A stretch of 64,000 nucleotides of DNA. It comes from Octopus vulgaris (Eukaryota). A program made the position numbers and the translations under genes. This document shows, one piece after another, positions 26,955-40,729 of this stretch; the first letter of the stretch is position 1; every line of letters starts with the position of its first letter. The stretch is from assembly GCA_951406725.2 (NCBI GenBank), contig OX597817.1, positions 133,920,001 through 133,984,000 on the forward strand, in the 5' to 3' direction. The notes under the pieces were generated by a model. That model searched no databases and was not told the DNA's origin. It saw nothing but the letters and a program-made list of their open reading frames with translations.

Positions 26955-28339
26955 TAAAAAAGGAAATGAAGAAAATGCTGACAAATAATTGAAGTAATTT
27001 AAGTAATTTAATTAGGTGAAAGTTCTTTTTACCGGTTGCGCATTTGTTATGCTTATCAAAATATAAAAGAGAGATTAGAGTCTGTCTCTTATATGTGAAA
27101 AAAAGAGGCTCCAGAGTTGTTTGGGATTTGCTTGGTTTCGCGCCTAAAATTTTGATTGGTCATTATGAAGGGGTCACGTGAATGTTTGAATGGAAGTTGG
27201 TGTTGGGGTAAGAAAAAGGCTCCAGAGAAGTTAAAATTTGGCTAGTGTCCCGCCTAAAATTTCTTATTGGCCATAATAAAGAGGTCACGTGAATGTTTAG
27301 AATTTTCGAAAATAGTGTTGTTGAAAATTCTTATTGTTCAGGCTGGTCAGTAGACGTCATGTGGATATTTTAAATAGCTTTTTAGCGCGTAGTTAGGGAG
27401 TGTATTTTCCGCTTGACTGAATAAGTAAGTTCGTTTAGAACAGGGAGAGCTGTATGTATGTATGTGTGTGCGCGCGTGCGCGCGTGTGTGTGTTTATATG
27501 TATGTTGGGGCGCGCGCGCGTGTATATATGTGTGTGTGTGTGGGTAAAATTTTCAATATTTATAGTTCTGCTGGCCTTGTGCCTGTATCGGGAAGCAACG
27601 TATTTGTGTGAAGTCAATATTTACAGCCATTTCCAAAAATAGTGTTGGATGTTTTGCACCCGTATTCAATTATGTGTATGTGTGGAACCATATATTTGTG
27701 TGTGTCATGGTGTTAATATCTGGGTAAAGGTGTGTGTAGGGTGTGTGCAGGTGTAAGTGTGTTTGTTGTGGGTTCGTGTTAGGGGCATGTGTTTAGAAGT
27801 GGTCTGTATTTATTAATAAGGTGGGATTCCATGGTTATTCGCTGGGTATGAGTGGCATTGTCTTTAAATTTGTAGAGGAGAAAGATTCTAAAATTGGGAT
27901 GGAGTTGTGCGGCACAGGTATCAATATGTGCACTAAATGCTATTTTTCTATATTCCTGTATTTTTATTTGGGATCTGTGGACAGTCATGCGTTGGCGGAG
28001 GCTATTTTTTGTTTGGCCTATGTAGTGTTCATTACAGCCCGAGCAAGTTAAGACATATACTAGGTTTTCTGATGCGCATGTGAAGTTGTGTTTTACTGTG
28101 AAACGTTGTCCTTGTTTAAAAAGGAATTCCGGACCTTCTATTAGGTTGATGCATATACCACAGTTGGGTCTATTGCATTTGTTTACTGTGGGTTTAGTTG
28201 TTGTGGTTGGCAGTACTTTGGCATTTGTTAGGATGGTTTTCAATGATTTGGGTTGCCTTTTGCTCTTTATGATTTCGTGTGTTAGGAGGATTTGGTTCAT
28301 TCTATGGTCCTTTTGTAATACAGGAATGTTCTGGAGTAC
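26955..28339 (-). mobile_element. 5'-truncated Penelope-like element (PLE) with 3' pLTR region ending in (TA)n
   Basis: GIY-YIG ORF, then 3' UTR with a duplicated ~90-bp CCAAT/E-box module (27101-27302) and a decayed hammerhead (~27024-27070). Confidence 0.8.
27779..28300 (-). CDS. Penelope-like element GIY-YIG endonuclease domain (partial)
   Basis: CNRPNCGIC...FTCASENLVYVLTCSGCNEHYIGQT...RMTVHR...HID...ESHLINKYRPLLN. Confidence 0.9.
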   Translation of the reverse strand: MNQILLTHEIIKSKRQPKSLKTILTNAKVLPTTTTKPTVNKCNRPNCGICINLIEGPEFLFKQGQRFTVKHNFTCASENLVYVLTCSGCNEHYIGQTKNSLRQRMTVHRSQIKIQEYRKIAFSAHIDTCAAQLHPNFRIFLLYKFKDNATHTQRITMESHLINKYRPLLNTCP

Positions 28340-28427
28340 CTCTGCAATCGATAGAAAGTCTCAGCTAACTAGAAGGTAAGCTGCCGGCTGACTGTATATC
28401 TAGGCAGTAGTTCGTATCACAGAACCA

Positions 28428-28496
<69 letters not shown>

Positions 28497-28512
28497 CACA
28501 CGCACGCACACA

Positions 28513-28595
<83 letters not shown>

Positions 28596-29634
28596 GTTCG
28601 TGCATACATATATTCTGCTTCGACCACATTCTTGTTTTTTTCTGGATCGGCATAAATGCATAGATACACATTTCATTCCACATTAGAGTATGTTCATGTA
28701 TGTATCTATGATTTGGTACATACCTGTATGATGTGTGTGTGTGTGTTTGTGTATGCACTGGATTCTATGTTTAGAATTAGGTTATACAGCAGGTATTGTC
28801 TACTCTACTGACGTTGAAGTGTAGTTCGATTTAACATCGGTCAAGTAAGAACTGTTGCGAACATTAAAGAATAAATCGATATCGGAATATTGGTAATTCC
28901 AGTGTTTGTTCCTGAAATATCTCCCTTTATAATAAGACTGCAGCTATATATCACTCGCATAAGAAAGCTGCTTATAGACTTTACCCACAATTCCTTTTCA
29001 TTCTTCTGCAATATTAAAGTACTTGGATATAATCAGTTGTAGTTTAATTGTTCTTTTAATACTCTCTACATGAAGTGTCTGAAATTCTTTCGACAGAGCA
29101 GAGCTTATGTCAAAGCAGAAAAACGTGATTTTATAAATATAACCAAAATGTCGATGTTACTGCCTGCATAAAAAAAAAACGTGATCTTAGACCATGATGG
29201 CGGGATTCGGTATTTTTTTTTTCTTTGGAAATCTTTAGGAAATGTCCAGTAATTTTTATTCGCCAAATTTTTCAAGTTTGTCTAAATTTAAACTCTGCAA
29301 TCGATAGAAAGTCTCAGCTAACTAGGAGGTAAGCTGCCGGCTGACTGTATATCTAGGCAGTAGTTCGTATCACAGAACCAATACTGTACTATGCCAGTGA
29401 TCAACTTAACAGCTCCTCATTGCTTTTGTCCATTTGACTTAAGATGACGAATTAGCAAGGTGATTAGAGGGTTGGGTAAAACAGAAGGCTTTGCAATATG
29501 TATTCCGACGATTTGAGTTCAACAACTTGCGACACCAAATTTGACCTCCAACCCTTAAATATACGATCAGTTTCTCTCAGAATCGATTTGTGGCCAAGAA
29601 AGAAGTTATTCCTCGCAGCCTCACTAATACTTAC

Positions 29635-29681
29635 CGCAGTACTACGTGGAAATGGCGAGAAAGGCGTCTATCTAAAAAATA
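29635..29681 (-). CDS. Putative host exon YFLDRRLSRHFHVVLR
   Basis: Acceptor ttctttacctctttgtAG, donor GTAAGT; ends in phase 2 and joins in frame to 6211-6301. Confidence 0.55.
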
Positions 29682-30039
29682 CTACAAAGAGGTAAAGAAT
29701 GCCTTCTGGATGGGTAATAGCGATTTGTTAAAGCCAACCATATCATTTTTGAAAAAGGTGGGAAATTGGTCGAGTCGCTTGGGCGTCAGATTTGTCCTGA
29801 CACCGCTCTAAGTTTAAATCATACCGAAGACAATTTTGTCGTTCATCTTTTCGGGTTCGTTAAAAAATGGTCTAATCAAGAGCGGTGGATTGGTGGACAT
29901 ATTAAAACGTCGGATCGAATGTCTTGTGCTTGTACTGGCCCTTTGCGTTGTAAGTTCAAATACCGTTTGTCTAACCTTAATCCGTCGCCCGGTTGAACAC
30001 CTTCACCTGGCACTTTGTAGATTCGACTTTGTTGCATAC

Positions 30040-30136
30040 ATTCCAGCCAAGTTTCTGGTTTAAATATAGCTTCTTTCCTCCCCCCACCCGACAATCTTGG
30101 AGGCCATGTAAAGGATCACCGACGCTGCTTTCGCCA
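30040..30136 (-). CDS. Putative host exon GESSVGDPLHGLQDCRVGGGKKLYLNQKLGWN (alternative in-frame donor gives end 30007)
   Basis: Acceptor agtttcaatcAG; donor GTATGC or GTGAAG, both phase 0, compatible with 29635-29681. Confidence 0.5.
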
Positions 30137-32377
30137 CTGATTGAAACTTAAATAAATTGAATCCACTTCTAGTGTATATTACTGGTAAATACATTAGTGA
30201 CCTCAGACAGAAACGACTGCCAAATTCATATCGTGAATTACCAATTAAAAGTTACATTCAATATTTTCTCTTCAATTCACTCCAGAATCAAAATTATCCA
30301 AAATCTTCCGAACTTTTTATTCGTTTTAAATGTCTCCTTCAAAATACAATGCAAATTATGTTCATCAAATTTGTAAGAAAAACCATCCTATTTATATGAA
30401 TATAAAGAATATTTGAATAACTTCATGTGTGTCGTCAGTGGCTTTTCTGCCAATGCAATGCTTTTAGAAGTGGATAGTACTGTAAAGATTAATCTCAGAT
30501 TTTGACCCAAGGCCAGCGAGTTTAGGGAATGACGTAAGTCGATTATATTAACCCCAGTGTTCATCTGGTACTTATTTTATCGACCCGGGAAGGATGAAAG
30601 GCAAAGTCAGCAGGATTTGAATTCAGAACGTAAAAACGGACGAAGTGGTGCTAAGCATTTTGCTGGCTTAGATTACAGTAAATGTTACACAGGGTTTCGA
30701 TGGTGTACAGCGTTACAGTGATACTTGTTACTGAGTCAGGGCTCTACTACTACAGTAAGGACACTCACACCGTAACAGGATTATATCATATATCAGTTAA
30801 TGAGAAAGATTTAGTAGATTCCGATGTATATGAAATTGCAAACAGCTTTTTTTTATCAAACTCCCAATAAACGTATCATTTGATAACAATGAAGCGTAGA
30901 CATTAAAGCCATTTCTAATCCTAATCTTAACCGGCCTTGCAATTCGGATGTTGCACTAACGATCGTAAGCTCCTGAGCCGGGATCCCCCACCAGTAGGTG
31001 TATTGTTTTCTTGAGCAAGACTCAGTTTGAACTATTAGACTATCCACCTCCAACGATAATTGAACTTATCAAACCCCACCTACAGACATCACGAACTGTC
31101 CTCACATTAAAAGAAATCTAGATCTTACCCTCTGTATTTTAGATTCTTTCAAGCGATAGATGGCAATAGATTTAAACTTTAGCAACCTATAACTGGGCAG
31201 GTTTTGAATCAAAGTTTTATTCCATCTAACGATAGATATTTCTGCTATTAATCTTTGAAACAAATTGTAGCATTTGAAAAAGAAAAAGAAAATTATCAGA
31301 TTCTATTTTAGGCAGAAGAAGAAGAAGAAGCACTGAGAATTGCAAACAAAGAATTTATAATGAAACGATAAATCATGGCACTAGAATTCAAATAGAAAAC
31401 TATCTGAGCGTTCTCTAGGGCAGCAATGCGAATTATCTTTCAAGGAAAACCTAGTAATATTGTATAGAGAAACCTAAAAGACTGATTGCTACTCATAAAA
31501 CTGTTGGTAACGTTTTGACGTTATTGGCGAAGAAGAAAGGAAAAAGTTTCTCACACATTCGCTGAGAGAAGAAGACAGAAAGAAGAGAGAAACGCTGAAT
31601 AGCTCGCCGTTGGAGACACATAAAACAGATCATGAAGGAAATTCTTGGAAAATAAAATGTCAAAGAAAAGAAAAACAAATGACTTTTATAATATGTGATA
31701 GAATCATTAAAACAAGAACCATTAGATTGAAATGGACACACATTAACACACACACCTACACACTAACGCACACACATTAACACATATAGGTACACGCACA
31801 CACACACACACACTCACACAAAGCTATAAGTTCTCCACTGATTTCTATTATCGAGAATTTGATGTAGAAATGGATTCGAAATATTCTGGTTAAATGAGTT
31901 ACTGCTTCATCCCGTTGTGATATTTTTATTTCTTCATTTCAAAGACAGCTATTTTATCAATATTGCTTTCAAACTTTGACACAACGCCAGCAATTTCGGA
32001 CGAGGGGGCTTGTCGATTACATTGACTGCAGTGCTCATATCGAATCCTAAATCTGACCCTAGGACATAAAGACGGGCGAAATGCTGCTAAGCCTTCTACC
32101 GGTGTGCTAATGACTCATCTCGCCACCTTAATGATATTTTACCAATATTAACAAAATTAATGCCAGTTTCGATCCTTGAACCAGGCGGCCTGTTGTTCTT
32201 GAACAAGACACATCATTTCACGTTGCTCCAATTTACTTAGCTGATAATGAGCCTAGTGCTGGTGCGGTCTTCTCTCCTCGCGCACAGCTGTTCTATCCTC
32301 GATAGCCTGATAGAGTGTTTGTCTACTCGCCTCTGTTTAGATACTTAAAACAATTTGCAACAGTCTTACTCGCGAAT

Positions 32378-32770
32378 GCCAGGATTGTTAGCACGCCGGG
32401 CAAAATGCTAAGCGACATTTTGTCCGTCCTTACGTTCTGAGTTCAAGTGCACTGAGGTCGACTTTGCCTTTCATCTCAGAACTAATCGAATACTGGGATC
32501 GATGGAATCGACTATCCTCCACCCCCAATTTCAGGCCTTGTGCCTACTGTGGAAAAGAATATTATTATTGATAATCCTTTCTTCTAAAAGCATAAGGCCT
32601 GAAAGGAGATACTCGATCACATCGACCTCAGTACTTGGCTGGTACTTAATTTATCGACCCCGGAAGGATGAAAAGCAAAGTCGACCTCGGCGAAATTTGA
32701 ACTCAGAACGTAAGGACAGACGAAATGTGTTTCACCCGGTGTGCTAACGATTCTGCCAGCCCACCGCCTT
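32378..32770. mobile_element. Two family A SINEs tail-to-tail (32378-32560 plus, 32575-32770 minus); further decayed copies at ~30500-30670, ~31970-32130, ~45610-45775 and ~63545-63745
   Basis: Homology to 1-180 and 17231-17440. Confidence 0.65.
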
Positions 32771-32899
32771 CTTACTACTAATAACTTGTTAGGCTTGTGC
32801 CAAAATTTGAAACCAGTGTTGGTGTTATGCTAACGGCTCTCGCTTCCTGGTGCGATGTGGTTGCCTATCATCTCTTTAAAATTTTGCCCGTGGAATGAG

Positions 32900-34560
32900 T
32901 AAAACATTTGCAAGTAGAAAAGTGTCCGAAAGAATTATGGAACCAAAAACCGTTGGTTACTTCCGTCAGATAATATGGGATGGGATATAGACTGGTAAAA
33001 TTTGGATTCTTCAACTGATTCATCTCAATTAAAAGCCAAGTGTTGATTCTCAATTCTTCATTAGTAGATTGAGTATTTGGGAACAGGATGGTGGTTGATA
33101 ATCCTCCTGAAACTAGCACCTGGTAGCTGGCGAAAGAAGATATGTTGTAAGTTCGTAAGTTACGCCAAGAAGACTGGTAGAGAATGGGGATCCATTTATT
33201 GATAAAACGTATCAAGAAATGCTTGAAAGCATTCTTGAAATAATCATGATGTAGACTAACACCCAAGTGAACTGAGAGGTTGAAGAGGGATGAAACCAAA
33301 CCCTATATATGCGGTTCTACCAACCAACATGATAGACGAGGGAAAACAGTAACCTGCTTATTTACGTGGTAGAAGAGAGAAGGCCTAGAAACTGTTTGTG
33401 GCACCGCCAGCCAAATAAGAGCTGACTGCAAATAAGAGATGTATTCTGCTGCTAACAGCAACTATACTAACAAGAACAAAAACATGCGAAAATTCCAAAA
33501 CTTCAGGAGCGACAGCAGACCCAACCATCACAACTGATGAAGCTTTTCGGTAGTCCTTCCTACCTGTTCTCTCACAATAAAAAACACAAATGATTATACA
33601 GGTGAAACTTACATTTCCACCATTCTCTGCCTCACATATCTCCAGTTTCAAAACTCCTTCGTACGTCGAGGACAACTATAAATCTTCGTTGCAAGTAATC
33701 TTTGAAGTGAACAGAAAAAAATAACGAGGAAAAAAGATCCATCCCAATTAAAAGCCGGACGTTTCAAGGGAGCGATGAAGGGTCCGTCAACCTCAACACA
33801 GCTGCCCTACCACTACCAACATGATCACCAAAGCAACAGCGAAACCTGAAAGCACACCACGCGCGAAAAATATATGACTGTCCACACATACAACAAAAAT
33901 AATAAAAATTAGAATATTGCAACCACTGCTAAACATAGACGACCTCCTCACACACACACCGCATCAGTTTTACTCTCGTAAATGGAAACAACAAGGTGTT
34001 GAAATTCATACAACAAATGCACTATTATATAAAGAGTGAGGATTTTGATGTCTGTGTAGTACACTACTTCACAAGCATCTGTTGGGAACACGAAAAGAGT
34101 ACACAGGGTTTTAAAGAGAAAATTCTTAGAAAATGTAGGAATGCTCTAAATCAGAGAGGACACATTTTTGCGGAATTTTTAAGGAATCACTCCCCATCGA
34201 GAAAATATGATTCCCTGCTCTCTTTAAAGACCAAAGGGTCCTCTTTCACTTAGAAGCCCAGACCTTCCTAGACTTGGCTGGTAAATTAGTGTTGCTCGGT
34301 TTAATCGGCAGCGAAGATGGTGCCTTTTAGTTAGTTATTGTTTGGAGAACGGCTTCCAGTCTTTTCCAGGATAGATGTTTTGTGATTAGCAACGATTCTC
34401 AGCGTATCCGGGGTATCATGATTCTGCTGAAGAAAGAACGAAAGGGATATGATCCCTAACTCTGATAAACGTAGATTCTAAGACTTAGGCCAAGGCACTC
34501 ACGAACAAGTCCGCGTTTATCACCGAGAATGTGATTAAGGTGTAGACCTAAGCGATTCGC
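32900..34560 (+). pseudogene. Decayed gag/ORF1-like (zinc-knuckle remnant) element with hammerhead-like 3' region
   Basis: VVEERRP...CGTASQIRADC at ~33365-33430; CTGAAGA core at ~34427. Confidence 0.35.
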
Positions 34561-35764
34561 TACACATTTTTTAATGAAGTCTTCATGCATGGTTAGGTAA
34601 TAAAGTTGACTTTGTACATCTCTAATCCATTTATCGATCCAAACTCTTCAACAGAGTCAATCATTGTTGTTTGGTGGCGCTTATTGTTGCAACCGGTTTT
34701 GGTACAGTTCTCAGTAAATTGCATTGCTTTCAAGTGCATCTGACCAGTAGTCAGACCAAATTATTACCTGTCGAAACCGTTTCTATCCACACGCTCAGTC
34801 CTTCAATTATAACATCTCCTATCAGATGTAGTAATAAAGGCCATTGATAATCATCTACTCAGAAAACCAATCAAGGCCTGGGAACTGCTGCAGTGACATC
34901 AGCAAGAACATGTCCCCGGAGAAGAAGATGACGGTTGCAGCTCCACCCGTTCGAAGAGCAGCACAGTGTGTAACTCCAATGATTACTAAAGCTTTAATAA
35001 TTCCCTTTGAAAAGGGAGCGAAATCGCCTCGACTCCAATACTCCGGCACTAAAAGCCATTACTCTTCTCCTCCAAACGCAGTAGTGGCCAGAGGATTTCT
35101 GTGGAATTACTAATCCACTCTGTTGCGGTCATGGGCTGGAGAGGACAACTAGAAAAGAGGATGAAACTACCCAAGATAAGAAAAGGAAGGAAAAATTATG
35201 AGTCAAAACAAATGAAAACAGGTGCCCACCACTACGGAATACTCAAACCTTTACAAGATCCGAAGTAGAAGCTTAATCTACTTTAAAGCTAGATCTGAAA
35301 TACGACGTATCAGTTATTGTGCTTTTTAAGGAGGAAATGAGAGATGAATACCAAGTCCTCAAAGATTATAGATGGTTAAAGAAGATCATGGTCTGGGTTT
35401 ATTATGTGGGGACACTCACGGCTCGACTAACACTGAAAATGCTTATGGGCAAACGAAATTGCTCACTGTGAAACCCGATTTGCAGACAGTGATCGTTACA
35501 AAAGATATGGCGCAGTGGTCCCTGAACCTACAATAATGTACTTCTCAGAAATGTCCAAGTTCACCCTATTTGTACCTTGTTTGTAGTTACATGTATTTGG
35601 TTAATACAAAACATTTTAATTAGGTAAGTACATTGTATTAGCATTTATTCCATCACTAACGTTTCTCGAAACGTAAAAGACTTTTTCATTTTTACCGAGC
35701 GTCAAATTAATACACTTGTTTGTTGTTTTTACACCTGTCTGAGCCTTTTTTTCTATAAATTTCA

Positions 35765-35991
<227 letters not shown>

Positions 35992-36477
35992 TGAATTCAC
36001 AGAAAAACAAAAGACGACGACAGGTGTATAAACAACAAACAAGTGTATTAGTTTAACACTCAGGAACGTCAGAATGTCTTTTACATTTCGAGTCTACGCT
36101 CTTCGACAGAAACGAACACGATGAAATAAACAGAGAACGAATAAAAAAAGGCTTTCGGTACACACACATACACATATTTTCTCTCCCTTTTTGTCTTTCC
36201 TTTTTTTCTCTACTTGTCGTTTCTGTGCCCCTTTGTGTAGTAGAGGGTAGGCTCGAAACGTAAAAGACTTTTTCTATTCCTGAGCGTTATACTAATACAT
36301 CTGTTTGTTTTGTACACCACCTGTCTTCGTCTTTTGTTTTTTTCGTAAACTCTCCCTATATATATATATATCAACAGGAGTTATGAGTGAGTTACTTAAA
36401 ATTTCATGCTCGGATGAGGCAAATATTGGACTGGCTTTAATAGCGTACCTTGCGAAATTTGGTATGTATTCGGACTC

Positions 36478-36565
36478 AGAACTGTGGAACATGTCCCAAC
36501 ATAATAATGGAAGGCCCAGAATTCCATTTGAAACAGGGACAAACATTTAAAATCAAAACTGATTG
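36478..36565 (+). pseudogene. Small PLE fragment
   Basis: NCGTCPNIIMEGPEFHLKQGQTFKIK is homologous to NCGICINLIEGPEFLFKQGQRFTVK in 27779-28300. Confidence 0.65.
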
Positions 36566-38424
36566 CTGCATCGTGCTTGGTATCTTATAGAGCCCTGCCA
36601 GATCACACCAATGTCGAAGCAGGAAACCTGAAGTAGCTCAAGCATTGTGCATTCGGTAGATAATATTTATGCCTCGTTGAATTTTGTACTCTTTTGATAA
36701 TTCTATCAACAATTGAACATTACATTCTCAAAATAAGTTACTAGCGACAGAAGCAGTATTAGTAACGAATAGCAATCTTTATATCTTACTTAATGTTGTT
36801 TGTCTTGAGAATATCGAAATTTCATGGCGCTCTTAAAGCATATGCACATTATGTAGGGTATGCAGATTGCTACACATACACACACACATACTTATACATA
36901 TATCTGAGTATATAAATTATTCGTTCCAATGTTGGTATCTTTGAGGAGAATTTGCATGTCAGAAACTTTATCAATATATATATGTATATAAATATTCGCT
37001 AATTTTTCCCCCGGGAACACCAGTAGTCTGGATTACATTCTTCTGTCCATTTTTCTCTTTAGATATTGTCTGTGAAAGGTGAAGTTAGCGGTTAACGGTA
37101 TCGATTTGAGCAGTCAGAGGGAAAGACAAAATATGGCGAGAGTGCTTTGTGTCTTTCTTAGATTAAAGAATGAACTGTATTAACTGAGTATGCGTTTTCT
37201 TGTCTGCTCGTTTAGGTTGTCTAAGAGTTAAACAATAACAGTAAACAACAACCACAACTGACGGACGAGAAGCATCAAAACTGTCCAAAATTTATCGAAA
37301 GTTACTTCAATTTAAATTTACGCTGCAAAAAATCTCCAGATCAAACTTGTTGCAAAGATCACTGTTCTGTTTATAATATCGATTATTTGTATAGCAACAT
37401 ATGTCACATTGGTTTTTGTTGCTTTAGAATAGTCTGAAGCCAGCCGCAAAGATAAGAACATTCTGTAGATTCCATTTATGTTCCTTATTTTTTCTCTTTT
37501 TTTTTTGTACAAACATCTGTACAAGGCCATAGAAACGTTTGTTGTTAGCACGTTGTCAAAATCAAGAAATAATAGTTATGAGACATGTCAATGTTTAAAT
37601 ATTCACTGAACCAAAGTGAATCTCTGTAGTTTCAGTGCATATTCTTCTGAAAGTCAGTTCATTCGTAGACAGGAACATTTGTTGGTAATTGTGACTATAA
37701 CAACGAGAACAAAACAATAATAATGATAATTCAATTAATTGCAACAAAGTCTCACAAATACAGTACAAAATGTACAGTATCAAAAGGAGGTGGGGTACAA
37801 AAGGTGCCGCGTTGCACGTACTCTCATATGTGTGTGTGTGTGTAAAGAGGGTGTGGGCACAGATTTTATCTATTGTAACGAAGTTCACTTGGCAATGATC
37901 AGGTCCTGATTTCAGCCCCCGAGTGTTTCCTGTACAGCAATAGACTTTTACTTTATGTCAGTCCAAGACTTGTGAATAAAAGTCGGTTGATGGAAACTGT
38001 AAGCCGGTCGGATAGACTGAACCTGTAATTGCTATACACACGATAATGATGTTTCTTTCGGTGCTGGATCTAAATCGTTGTTTTTAAACTAGTAACTTTA
38101 AAGTATTTATATATATATATTGTTAAAATGATATTTTGTGAAAAATATTTTAATTAAAGTATATTTTACAAGAAGGAATGATTAAATATTTTCTAGAGTT
38201 TTAATTAACGAGTTATAATCCAATATACGTAATTAAAACTGGATTATATGGAGATGTTTAAATGATGGCTTATGTTCATATATCCATCTTCAAAGCTGAT
38301 CTGTCTTATATAGATGTATACGACAAATTGTATGAATTATTATATTGTTCATCAAAGCTTATATATTTTCTTTCATTGTGGGAGAATTCTAAATTTGAAT
38401 ATAAACCATTGGAATGTGGAATAC

Positions 38425-38735
38425 CTTGCTTGTGAAATTAACGTGCAAGTGGCTGAGCACTCCACAGACACGTGTACCCTTAACGTAATTTTGGGGGAGA
38501 TTCAGCGTGACACAGAGTGTGACAAGGCTGGCCCTTTGAAATAGAGGTACAACAGAAACAGGAAGTAAGAGTGAGAGAAAGTTGTGGTGAAAGAGTACAA
38601 CAGGGTTCCACGACCCCCTGCCGGAATCCTCGTTGAGCCTTAGGTGTTTTCGGTCAATAAATACTCACAACGCCCGGTCTGGGAATCAAAACCGTGATTC
38701 TACGACTGCGAGTTCGCTGCCCTAACCACTGGGCG
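38425..38735 (-). mobile_element. tRNA-derived SINE, family C
   Basis: Minus-strand head cccagtggttagggcagc...; shared with 56806-57157. Confidence 0.75.
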
Positions 38736-38750
38736 TCCACACACACACAC

Positions 38751-38818
<68 letters not shown>

Positions 38819-39566
38819 CTTTAACTCCCAGTTTTCCTCCTCGTTTATCTCCTGGTCTAAGAGTTGAAATCACGACCTCGCGATCGTAAGTCGAACACAC
38901 TGACCACTTACCCATGCATCTTCATGCTTCGTATTTAATAAAATGCAAGAATTTATAAACAGAAAGTGATACCTAACCCCAGAGACAAGCTGCTAGCACC
39001 AACTCCCCGTTACATAATTTTATTAAAACTAAAACTAAAAGATAAACTGGATGTATACACGATTAAAGGCAGCTCGTCTATAATTAAGATTTAAAACTCA
39101 AATTGAACATAAAAATTTATAGATAATAAAAGGTTCGCCCATAGAATAACCTTTTAGATGTAAAATTATGATCCAAATTGCAATTTTGCATGTTCAGGAA
39201 CAAATACAGAATTAGTTTTACAAAACAGCTACTAAAAGCGAATATCCTTTCATAACATTCATAGCATGCATAAACAGTTTGCCATCTTCACCACTACGAC
39301 AACAGAAAGAAACAACCAAATCAGTTAAAAGAATTTGTTCGTTCATTAAACGATGTTTACTTAAATAACCAACCTAAACATATAAAATATATACAATTCC
39401 AGATCACCTTTTCCTTCGCACCCCACTCCTGTATAGTCATAACTGACAAGGCTTTTCAACCGATTCCTATTGTAACGATGATTGTTGGAAGAATTAAAAA
39501 AACACAGAAATATAGTTGTTGCAATCAAATTTACATTGATTTTGCACGCATGCATGCACGCACGCA

Positions 39567-39638
<72 letters not shown>

Positions 39639-39734
39639 TAAGGATGTTGAAAAGAAAAATGAAGAATTATACATCCTCAAAAGCTTGTTTATTGTATTGT
39701 GACGCCTGCCTGAATTCAAAACCACATTCCTTTA

Positions 39735-39800
<66 letters not shown>

Positions 39801-39963
39801 GTTATCGCCATACTAATATGGCATTCTTATAAAAATAAGAATAAAGCTGTCCACTTATTAGCTCCATGAGGCCATCGCCTTAAGTTAGCTATTTGATACA
39901 CAAACTGTATCCATATAACCTTCGAACAAGGGAAGTCAGTCGCTCCACACTACTTGACCGGCA

Positions 39964-40005
39964 GCTACAGACGCGTTTCGGGGTATTGCCCCTTTTCAAT
40001 GCAGC
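39964..40005 (-). ncRNA. Type I hammerhead ribozyme, U3:A8 variant
   Basis: Same as 2614-2655. Confidence 0.8.
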
Positions 40006-40325
40006 GTAGCCAGCCAGTAGGTGTCGCTTCCGACAATCTCTGTTCGATGGTTTTATTTACCTAGTTTCGGTGGAATACATCCACTTGTTTTCAATAATAG
40101 AAATATTAAAATTACTAAGTCTCTCTAAAAGAGAACAGCGGCAGCGTTCCCGGAAAATAATAGTTATCGCCATACTAATATGGCATTCTTATAAAAATAA
40201 GAATAAAGCTGTCCACTTATTAGCTCCATGAGGCCATCGCCTTAAGTTAGCTATTTGATACACAAACTGTATCCATATAACCTTCGAACAAGGGAGGTCA
40301 GTCGCTCCACACTACTTGACCGGCA

Positions 40326-40367
40326 GCTACAGACGCGTTTCGGGGTATTGCCCCTTTTCAATGCAGC
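40326..40367 (-). ncRNA. Type I hammerhead ribozyme, U3:A8 variant
   Basis: Same as 2614-2655. Confidence 0.8.
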
Positions 40368-40687
40368 GTAGCCAGCCAGTAGGTGTCGCTTCCGACAATC
40401 TCTGTTCGATGGTTTTATTTACCTAGTTTCGGTGGAATACATCCACTTGTTTTCAATAATAGAAATATTAAAATTACTAAGTCTCTCTAAAAGAGAACAG
40501 CGGCAGCGTTCCCGGAAAATAATAGTTATCGCCATACTAATATGGCATTCTTATAAAAATAAGAATAAAGCTGTCCACTTATTAGCTCCATGAGGCCATC
40601 GCCTTAAGTTAGCTATTTGATACACAAACTGTATCTATATAACCTTCGAACAAGGGAGGTCAGTCGCCCCACACTACTTGACCGGCA

Positions 40688-40729
40688 GCTACAGACGCGT
40701 TTCGGGGTATTGCCCCTTTTCAATGCAGC
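40688..40729 (-). ncRNA. Type I hammerhead ribozyme, U3:A8 variant
   Basis: Same as 2614-2655. Confidence 0.8.

Noticed and set aside
29876-30094. 72-aa minus-strand ORF in the track
   Set aside because: A different frame bounded by splice sites (30040-30136) fits the host gene better
38816-38915. tRNA gene
   Set aside because: tRNA-like head lacks an intact B box and acceptor stem; it is a SINE remnant
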